From an uncultured Actinomycetes bacterium (lineage in GTDB: Bacteria; Actinomycetota; Thermoleophilia; Gaiellales; Gaiellaceae): a stretch of DNA of 64,000 bases. The notes beneath the pieces are model-generated. The model had not been told where the DNA came from and made no database searches. It was given only the letters and a program-made list of their open reading frames with translations. Below, one piece after another: positions 28,081-35,432 of this stretch (within the stretch, counting starts at the first letter, position 1; each line of letters begins with the position of its first letter). The stretch lies in assembly GCA_963702785.1 (NCBI GenBank), contig CAVPDV010000002.1, positions 12,505-76,504 on the forward strand, read 5' to 3'. The translations under genes and the position numbers were made by a program.

Positions 28081-29040
28081 GTGGCCGGGCCTCGCTACAG
28101 GCCGCTCGACGCGCGGGTGATCCCCCGCTTCGCAGGCGTGCGGACCTTCATGCGCGCGCCGCACACGACGGATCCCGCCGGAGTCGACGCGGCCGTCTAC
28201 GGCATCCCGTTCGACACCGCGACCAGCTACCGCAGCGGAGCCCGCTTCGGCCCGGAGGCGATCCGCTCGGCGTCTGCGCTCCTGCGGCCGTACAACCCGG
28301 CTCTCGGCGTCGATGTCGTCGAGGCTCTCTCGATCGTCGACTGGGGCGACGTGCCGGTCTCGCCGGGCGACACGGAGCGGACGTACGGCCAGGTGGAGGA
28401 GGCGCTCTCACCGCTCGTCGAGGCGGGGGTCTTCCCGCTCGCGCTCGGCGGCGATCATTCCGTCACGCTCGCCGAGCTGCGCGTGCTGGCCCGCCGGCAC
28501 GGGCCGCTCGCCCTCGTCCAGCTCGACGCGCACGGCGACACCTGGGACGAGTACTTCGGCCAGCGCTTCTTCCACGGCACGACGTTCAGGCGGGCGTTCG
28601 AGGAAGGGCTGATCGAGGCAGCGGCGTCCGTTCAGGCGGGCTTGCGCGGCTCGCTCTACGGTGCGGAGGACATCGAGTCTGCGCGCGAGCTCGGCTTCAC
28701 GGTCCTGTCGTGCGACGCGCTGCGCGCGCTCGGGCCGGAGCGCTACGGCGAGCTCGTGCGCGACCGTGCCGGCGAACGGCCGATCTTCCTCTCGTTCGAT
28801 GTCGACGTCCTCGATCCAGCCTTCGCGCCCGGCACGGGGACGCCGGAGGTCGGCGGGCTCTCGACCGCCGAGGCGCTCGCCTTTCTGCGTGCGCTGCGCG
28901 GCGTCGCCCTCGCCGGCGCAGACGTCGTCGAGGTGTCTCCGCCGTACGACGGGCCGGGGCAGCCGACGGCGCTCGCCGCCGCGAACGTCGCCTACGAGCT
29001 CCTCAGCCTGCGCGCGCTGGGCCCGAGCTCTCAGGGGTAG
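28081..29040 (+). CDS. ureohydrolase family protein (agmatinase / guanidino-acid hydrolase)
   Basis: The Mn-ligand motifs LALGGDHSVT, VQLDAHGDTWD and LSFDVDVLDPAFAPGTGTPEVGG are present. The start is a GTG at 28081. Confidence 0.85.
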   Translation: MAGPRYRPLDARVIPRFAGVRTFMRAPHTTDPAGVDAAVYGIPFDTATSYRSGARFGPEAIRSASALLRPYNPALGVDVVEALSIVDWGDVPVSPGDTERTYGQVEEALSPLVEAGVFPLALGGDHSVTLAELRVLARRHGPLALVQLDAHGDTWDEYFGQRFFHGTTFRRAFEEGLIEAAASVQAGLRGSLYGAEDIESARELGFTVLSCDALRALGPERYGELVRDRAGERPIFLSFDVDVLDPAFAPGTGTPEVGGLSTAEALAFLRALRGVALAGADVVEVSPPYDGPGQPTALAAANVAYELLSLRALGPSSQG

Positions 29041-31205
29041 CGGAAGCGCAGCACGAGCTGCTTCCGGCGGCCCCACGGGTCGACGGCCGTGATCTGCACC
29101 CGGTACCGGCCGGGCAGGAGGACCCGCTCGTTGAGCCGGAGGCGGACGCGAATCGTGCCGGGCCGGTCGAGCTCGGTCCGCACGACGTGGAAGACCTTCC
29201 CGGCAGCGAGCGGCGGGCCGAACCGGCTGCCCGACCCGAGCACGGCGAGGCGGCCTCCTCCGGAGCGGAGCACCGCCGCGGCTAGACGCGCCTGCCCCTG
29301 CGCCGAGATGCGCGCGAGGACGAGGACGCTGTGCGAGGCCCGCCGTTCGAGGATCCGAACCGGTCCGATCTGCGCGAGCGTCGGCCCCTTCGGCGAGGTG
29401 AAGCTCGGATCGCCCCAGGCGCCCTGCTGGAAGAGCGCCACGTCGAGCGGCGTCCGCGTGAGGACGTGTGTCAGACCGTCCGAGTCGACGTACGCGCCGA
29501 CGGTGTCGTCCTTGGGGAGGTCGGCCGTCTTCAACAGCGGAACCGCGTCGTAGACCTTGCCGTCGGTCGAGTAGCCGAGCACCGTGCCCTGCGGCTGCGG
29601 CTGCGCGTAGGCGAGGTCGAGTGGCCAGGCGAAGCCGCTCGCGGGCAGGTTGGGGACGGTCAGCGCGACCCCGGTGCTGGCCAGGGCGGGCTGGCGGTCG
29701 ATCGCCGTCAGCGAGACCGTGAGGCCGACCGGAACGGCACCGGGCTGCCAGGTGACGAGTGCCCGGGCGTCATCGGTCTGCACGTTGCCGGCTATCCCCT
29801 GCTCCACCGTCTGACTCCCGGTCGCGACCGGTGGCAGCGGTGCCGGGGCGACGGGACCGATCTCCGCCGCGCTCGCCGACGCGGCGCCGCCGGCGCCGGT
29901 CGCCGTCACGAGCAGGCTGATGGTCGAGCCGATGTCGTCGGGGGTCAGCGTGTAGCTCGCCTGCGTGGCGTTCGCGATCGCGACGCAGGAGCCGCCGGCC
30001 GCGTTACACCGCCGCCAGCGGTAGGCGAACTTCGTGGGGGCGCCCGTCCACGTCCCGACCGAGCTGCCGAGCACCTGTCCCACCTGCGCGGTGCCGAGGA
30101 TCTCGGGGGCGGAGATGTCCTTCGGCCGTGCCGTCGGCGGCGTTCCGGCCGGCGAGACTGCAGAGGTCGGCGCGGCGGACGCCGTCGCACTGCCGCCTGG
30201 CGCGGTCGCGGTCGTCTCGAGCCGCAGGGAGTGGCCGACGTCGGCGCTCGCGGGCACGTACCACTCGTGGGTCGCTCCGTCGATGTCGAGGCAGTTCGCT
30301 CCGGCGGCGTCGCAGCGCAGCCACTGGTACGAGAACTGCAGCGGCTTGCCGCCCGCCCACGTGCCGGGGACGCCCGCGAGGAACTTGCCGGCCTCGGGCG
30401 GGCCGAGGACGCTCGGCGGCGTCGAGACGACGGGCGCGCCGGTCGCGTAGGGCTGGATCGCGGCGGAGCCCGGCTTCGTCCCGTTCATCCGGTCGCCGTC
30501 GGTGCAGTGGTTGATACCCGGAACCGAGAGGCAGTCCGTCCACTGCCAGAACGTCCAGCCTTGCCCGTTCCAGTTCTGGGCGGGAACCGACGGCTGGCTC
30601 GCGCGCGTCCAGTGCGCGATCCAGAGGTGCGCGGTCGCCGCCACGCCGGTCGAGTCGCCGAGGCGCTTCTGCCAGAAGTCCGGGGAGCTGTAGACGAACG
30701 GCTCGACGCCGAGGCGAGCCGAGATCTCGCGCGCCCACGCCTCCGTCCAGAGCACCAGCCGCTTCGGCCCGAGCCCGCCCGTGACCTCGAGGTCGAGCAC
30801 GGGGGGAAGCTCGCCGGGCTGCGGATCTGCCGTGCCGAGCAGGTAGTCGGCCTGCGCGATCGCGCTCGCGGTGGCCCGGGTGTCGCTCGAGCCCGACGGT
30901 CGCGCGAAGTGGTAGGCGCCGAAGACGAGCCCCGCATCCTCGCTGCCGCCGCGGTTCTCCGCATACGTCTTGTCGACGAACGACGTCCCTTCGGTCGCCT
31001 TGCCGAAGACGAAGCGGTAGCCCGCCGCGGCGACCTTTCCCCACTTGATCGTTCCCTGCCAGTTGGAGACGTCGATGCCCTTCGCCCCGGCCGCGGCAGC
31101 GCTCGACGCGCCCGGCAGGACGAGGGCGGAAAGCGCGAAGGCGACGACGGCGAGCGCCCTGAGGCGCCCGCGGCACGTTGCTCTGGGTGACCCCACGACG
31201 TTCAC
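29031..31205 (-). CDS. secreted GH25 muramidase with two Cys-pair repeat domains and a C-terminal domain of unknown function
   Basis: A signal peptide is followed by GIDVSNWQGTIKWGKVAAAGYRFVFGKATEG and FGAYHFARP (GH25). Two repeats of about 88 aa contain G.W.G.P..F.Y.W.RC...G..C. The 724-aa frame is intact. Confidence 0.8.
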   Translation of the reverse strand: MNVVGSPRATCRGRLRALAVVAFALSALVLPGASSAAAAGAKGIDVSNWQGTIKWGKVAAAGYRFVFGKATEGTSFVDKTYAENRGGSEDAGLVFGAYHFARPSGSSDTRATASAIAQADYLLGTADPQPGELPPVLDLEVTGGLGPKRLVLWTEAWAREISARLGVEPFVYSSPDFWQKRLGDSTGVAATAHLWIAHWTRASQPSVPAQNWNGQGWTFWQWTDCLSVPGINHCTDGDRMNGTKPGSAAIQPYATGAPVVSTPPSVLGPPEAGKFLAGVPGTWAGGKPLQFSYQWLRCDAAGANCLDIDGATHEWYVPASADVGHSLRLETTATAPGGSATASAAPTSAVSPAGTPPTARPKDISAPEILGTAQVGQVLGSSVGTWTGAPTKFAYRWRRCNAAGGSCVAIANATQASYTLTPDDIGSTISLLVTATGAGGAASASAAEIGPVAPAPLPPVATGSQTVEQGIAGNVQTDDARALVTWQPGAVPVGLTVSLTAIDRQPALASTGVALTVPNLPASGFAWPLDLAYAQPQPQGTVLGYSTDGKVYDAVPLLKTADLPKDDTVGAYVDSDGLTHVLTRTPLDVALFQQGAWGDPSFTSPKGPTLAQIGPVRILERRASHSVLVLARISAQGQARLAAAVLRSGGGRLAVLGSGSRFGPPLAAGKVFHVVRTELDRPGTIRVRLRLNERVLLPGRYRVQITAVDPWGRRKQLVLRFRYP

Positions 31206-31256
31206 GAGGCTAGCTCAGCCTTTGTTCGCCCGAGGTAAAAGTCCTGCTAGAGGCCC

Positions 31257-31312
31257 GATGTGAAATCGGAGCGGCGGCCTGGAGCGGCCCCGAGCGGGCT
31301 CGATTTCACATC
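31257..31312. repeat. long inverted repeat / hairpin in the SRPBCC-GH25 intergenic region
   Basis: GATGTGAAATCG(G)AGC pairs with GCTCGATTTCACATC, giving 12 perfect bp plus 3 bp after a bulged G, around a GC-rich spacer of about 25 nt. Confidence 0.6.
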
Positions 31313-31318
31313 AACCCT

Positions 31319-31747
31319 CTAGCGCTGCAACGCGCGGCCGAGCGAGGCCGGCCGGTCGCGCTCGACCTGCTTGCGGATCATCGGTCCGAGCAGCGGCTCC
31401 ATGAACCGCATCGCGCCCTTCATCGTCAGCTCGAGGGCGCACGTGACCTGCGTCGCGTCCTCGCCGTCCGGCGCGAACTCGAAGCGGACGTGCGCGTCGG
31501 TCCGGGGGTTGCGCGCGTCGAACGAGACGAGGGACGGGCGGTCGTAGGCGTCGATCGTCGTCACGTAGTGGCCGACGCGGCGGAAGTCCTCCTCCCAGGA
31601 CGTCCCGAGCCCGACCGGGCCGGTCGAGACCCGCACGACGTTCGACGCGTCGGGGTTCCACTCGGGCTCGTGGTCGAGATCGGCCACGTAGTCGAAGACC
31701 TCCTCGACGGGACGCTCGATGCGCGTCTGCCAGCTCGCGCGGATCAC
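31319..31747 (-). CDS. SRPBCC (START/polyketide-cyclase-like) family protein
   Basis: The 142-aa product begins IERPVEEVFDYVADLDHEPEWNP, which is typical of the family. The frame is intact. Confidence 0.7.
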   Translation of the reverse strand: MIRASWQTRIERPVEEVFDYVADLDHEPEWNPDASNVVRVSTGPVGLGTSWEEDFRRVGHYVTTIDAYDRPSLVSFDARNPRTDAHVRFEFAPDGEDATQVTCALELTMKGAMRFMEPLLGPMIRKQVERDRPASLGRALQR

Positions 31748-31784
31748 GGGCGGACTCTACGCGGAAGCTTTGTAGAGTCGCAAC

Positions 31785-33021
31785 GTGGGGCTCGATCCTT
31801 CCCGCACCGTGGCCGAGCTGAAGGAGTTGCGCGAGCTGACGGGCGACGAGAACGGCGCGCAGCGGGTCGCGTGGACGGAGACCTGGGAGCGGGCGCGCGG
31901 CTGGCTGCGCGAGCAGGTCGCGCCGACCGGGGCCGAGGAGGAGATCGACGAGGCGGGCAACCAGTGGTTCACGCTGCCGGGTGCCTCCGAGCGCGCGCTC
32001 CTGCTCGGCGGCCACCTCGACTCCGTCCCGAACGGCGGCTGGCTCGACGGCTGCCTCAACGTCCTCGCCGGAGCCGAGGTGCTCCGCCGGGTCGCCGCGG
32101 AGGGCACGCCGCCGCTGACCGTCCGGCTCGTCAACTGGGCGGACGAGGAGGGCGCGCGCTTCGGCCGCTCGCTCTTCGGCTCCTCCGCCGCCGCCGGCTC
32201 GATGGCCGACCAGGACGAGCTCCGGCAACGCCGGGACGCGGACGGCATCGCGCTGCCCGACGCGCTCGCCGAGCACGGCGTCGATCTCGACCGGGCGATC
32301 GAGGCGCGCGCGGCAGCTCGAGGGAGCGGCCGCGTATCTCGAGCTCCACATCGAGCAGGGGCCGGTGCTCGAGTCCCTCGACCTGCCGCTCGGCGTCGTC
32401 CTCGGCACGTTCGGCGTCGAGCGTCATCTCGTCACCTGGCGCGGCCAGGCGGCGCACGCCGGCTCGACCCCGATGGACCGGCGCCGGGACGCGCTCGCCG
32501 GAGCCGCGAAGCTCGCGCTCGAGCTGCGGCCGATCGCGGCGGAGGTGGGGGACGGGGCGGTCTGCACCTCCGGCGGCGTCGTCTGCAAGCCGGGCATCGT
32601 CACCTCCGTCGTCGAGACGGCGGAGCAGCTCCTCGACCAGCGCCACCTCGACCCCGCGAAGCTCGCGCGCCTGCTCGAGCTGGCGCGCGCGGCGAGCGAA
32701 CGCTTCGCTCGCGAGGAGGATCTCGAGCTCGAGTGGGAGCGGATCTGGCGGATCGAGCCGATCCCGTTCGACGAGCGGCTGATCGAGCTCGCCGACGAGT
32801 CGATCCGCGAGGTCACGGGCGCCTCCCACCGCCTTCCGTCCGGGCCGCTCCACGACGCCGCCGAGGTTGCGCGAGCGGGAATCCCGACGGTGATGCTCTT
32901 CGTTCAGTCCCTGCGAGGGCTTTCGCACACGAAGCTCGAGGACACGAAGGAGGAGCATCTCGAGCTCTCCGTGCAGGCGCTCGACCGGCTGACGTCCAAG
33001 ACGCTGGAGGCATTCGCATGA
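31785..33021 (+). pseudogene. M20 Zn-dependent amidohydrolase (allantoate amidohydrolase / N-carbamoyl-amino-acid hydrolase family), one frameshift near 32320
   Basis: LLLGGHLDSVPNGGWLDG and VNWADEEGARFG are followed, in the second frame, by YLELHIEQGPVLE and WRGQAAHAGSTPM. Confidence 0.75.
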
Positions 33022-33427
33022 GCTTTCCGTTCGGAGACGAGCACGTCCGCTGCTACCGGGAGACGAACGGCGAGGAGGGCCATGTCTGGCGCGAAGGCTC
33101 GACGATCCTGCTCCTGACCACGAAGGGCCGGAAGACCGGACTCGACCGGACCGTGCCTCTGATCTACGACCGGGACGGCGGCAACCCGGTGATCGTCGCC
33201 TCGAAGGGCGGCGCCCCGGACATCCCGGCTGGTTCGAGAACCTCGTGCAGACGCCGGAGGCGGAGGTGCAGATCCTCGGCGACCACTTCCCGGTGCGCGC
33301 CCGCGAGGCGGACGGCGACGAGCGCGGGCGGCTCTGGGCGCAGATGAATCGCATGTGGCCGCACTACGAGGAGTACCAGGCGAAGACCGATCGGCGCATC
33401 CCCGTCGTGGTCCTAGAACCACGTTGA
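33018..33427 (+). pseudogene. deazaflavin (F420)-dependent nitroreductase family (DDN-like) protein, one frameshift near 33225
   Basis: TILLLTTKGRKTGLDRTVPLIYDRDGGNPVIVASKGGAP is followed in another frame by WFENLVQTPEAEVQILGDHFPVRAREADGDERGRLWAQM. Confidence 0.75.
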
Positions 33428-33753
33428 CCGCCGGGGAGCTGCGCCACTGCTGCCTCGCGTTGGGAGACACGCGGGAGGAGTTCCCATTCGGTCCCGAGAC
33501 ATCTGTCTTCAAGGTGGGCGGCAAGATGTTCGCGCTCAGCGCGCTGGCGGCGGATCCCCTCCGCGTCAGCGTGAAGTGCGAGCCGGAGCTCGGCGAGGAG
33601 CTCCGCGGGACGTACCCGGAGATCCAGCCCGGCTACCACCTGAACAAGCGCCACTGGCTGACGGTGACCTGCGGCGGCAGTGCGCCCGACGAGCTCGTGC
33701 GCGAGCTCGTCGCCGGCAGCTACGACCTCGTCGCGCCTCGCCCGCCGCGATAG
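33424..33753 (+). CDS. MmcQ/YjbR family DNA-binding protein
   Basis: GDTREEFPFGPETSVFKVGGKMFAL...YHLNKRHWLTV is present. A TTG start overlaps the previous stop. Confidence 0.7.
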   Translation: MTAGELRHCCLALGDTREEFPFGPETSVFKVGGKMFALSALAADPLRVSVKCEPELGEELRGTYPEIQPGYHLNKRHWLTVTCGGSAPDELVRELVAGSYDLVAPRPPR

Positions 33754-33766
33754 GCTCGCGCCCGTA

Positions 33767-34783
33767 ATGGACTTCGGCGTCACCGTCATGCCCGACCCGC
33801 CGTTCTCGCGCTGGCTCGAGCTGATCCAGCTCGCCGAGCGGCACGGCTTCGGCTACGCGTGGACGTACGACTCGCACGTCCTCTGGCAGGAGTCCGTGCC
33901 GCTGTTCGCGGTCGCCGCGCGCGAGACGTCGACGATCCGGCTCGGCCATTTCGTCACGAACCCGGCGACGCGCGATCCGACCGTCCTCGCGAGCGCGTAC
34001 GCGACGCTGCACGACCTCTCCGACGGGCGCATGGCGATGGGCATCGGCCGCGGCGACTCCGCCGTCCGCTACATCGGCCGAGAGCCCATGAAGGTGGCGG
34101 AGTTCGAGCGCTCCTGCGCGATGGTGCGCGAGCTGATGAACGGCGGCGAGGTCGACTGGAACGGGAAGCAGCTCGAGCTCAAGTGGGTGCGGCCGGAGCT
34201 GCCGCCGATCCCGATGTGGATCGCCGGCTACGGGCCGCGGGCGCTCGGCGTCGCGGGTCGGGTCGGCGACGGCGTGATCATCCAGCTCGCCGACCCGGAG
34301 ATCATCCAGTGGATCATGGACACCGCGCGACAGGCGGCCGCGGCCGCCGGGCGCGACCCGTCGCAGTTGAAGTGCATCGTCGGCGCGCCCGCGCACATCT
34401 CCGACGACCTCGCGGAGGCGCGCGAGCAGGTGCGCTGGTTCCCGGCCATGGTCTCGAACCACGTCATGGACCTGATCGACCGCTACGGCGCCGACGGCAG
34501 CGCCGTGCCGAGAGCGCTCACCGACTACGTCCAGGCGCGGAAGTTCTACGACTACGACGAGCACTCCCGCGTCGGCGCGAAGCACGGCGAGTTCGTCACG
34601 GACGAGATCTGCGACCGCTTCTGCGTCCTCGGGTCGGCGGAGCAGGCGACGGCGAAGCTGCGGGAGCTCGCGTCGGTCGGCGTCGACCAGTTCAACATCT
34701 ACCTCATGACCCACGGGCAGGAGGAGACGTTGCAGGCGTTCGGCGACGAGATCATCCCCGCGTTCGCCGGCGCCGCCGCGTAG
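33767..34783 (+). CDS. LLM-class (luciferase-like) F420-dependent oxidoreductase
   Basis: The 338-aa product carries LGHFVTNPATRDPTVLA, MGIGRGDSAVRYIG and IAGYGPRALGVAGRVGDGVIIQL. The frame is intact. Confidence 0.75.
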   Translation: MDFGVTVMPDPPFSRWLELIQLAERHGFGYAWTYDSHVLWQESVPLFAVAARETSTIRLGHFVTNPATRDPTVLASAYATLHDLSDGRMAMGIGRGDSAVRYIGREPMKVAEFERSCAMVRELMNGGEVDWNGKQLELKWVRPELPPIPMWIAGYGPRALGVAGRVGDGVIIQLADPEIIQWIMDTARQAAAAAGRDPSQLKCIVGAPAHISDDLAEAREQVRWFPAMVSNHVMDLIDRYGADGSAVPRALTDYVQARKFYDYDEHSRVGAKHGEFVTDEICDRFCVLGSAEQATAKLRELASVGVDQFNIYLMTHGQEETLQAFGDEIIPAFAGAAA

Positions 34784-34818
34784 CGCTCGCCACGCGCCCG
34801 GATACGATGGCGCCGCGC

Positions 34819-34889
34819 GGCGCCTTGGCCGAGTGGTTAGGCACGGGTCTGCAAAACCCGGTACACCGGTTCGACTCCGGTAGGCGCCT
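34819..34889 (+). tRNA. tRNA-Cys (GCA)
   Basis: A manual cloverleaf fits: GGCGCCT / TG / GCC-GAGTGGTTA-GGC / A / CGGGT-CTGCAAA-ACCCG / GTAC / ACCGG-TTCGACT-CCGGT / AGGCGCC / T. CCA is not encoded. Confidence 0.9.
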
Positions 34890-35004
34890 CTTCAGCCGCA
34901 GGGGCCCCCGAAGGAAGCGTCGCGCGGACCGGCCCACCGATGTTGCTTCTCGTCTCCCGCCCTGTTACCTTCGCGCGAATCGCTCCTCGCACAGGAGGTA
35001 TCGG

Positions 35005-35373
35005 ATGACGACACGAGGCCGCCTCCTGGCGGTTGCCGCAGTTGTGGCTGGCGCACTGGTGATCGCCGGCGCCGCTCTGGCCGCGAAAGCGGCTACGACG
35101 GTCACGATCAAGGGGCCGGACAGCGTCTATGGCTACATCCACAGCGCCAAGGCCAAGTGCCTGGGCGGCAGGACGGTGAAGGTGTTCAAGCAGAAGGGAT
35201 CGACCCAGAATCCGTCGGTCGATCAGAAGATGAACTCGACCACGTCCGAGCGGCAGGGCAGCCAGGGCTACTGGGACATGGGCAACCCCGGCTTCCCCCA
35301 CGGCAAGTACTACGCGGAGGTCACGGGCACGGCGAGCTGCCTGCGCGGCTTCAGCAAGACCGTCAAGTTCTGA
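35005..35373 (+). CDS. small secreted protein, unknown function
   Basis: An AGGAGG RBS precedes the signal peptide MTTRGRLLAVAAVVAGALVIAGAALAAKA. Two Cys are present and the product is 122 aa. Confidence 0.6.
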   Translation: MTTRGRLLAVAAVVAGALVIAGAALAAKAATTVTIKGPDSVYGYIHSAKAKCLGGRTVKVFKQKGSTQNPSVDQKMNSTTSERQGSQGYWDMGNPGFPHGKYYAEVTGTASCLRGFSKTVKF

Positions 35374-35432
35374 TCGACAACCGCCAAGGGAGGCGAGAGG
35401 CCGAGGCGATCACGCGAGCCCGGGCGGCTAGC

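Noticed and set aside
31259-31310. CRP/FNR-type site from TGTGA ... TCACA
   Set aside because: The half-sites are about 40 nt apart instead of 6 nt. The arms are better explained as a long hairpin.
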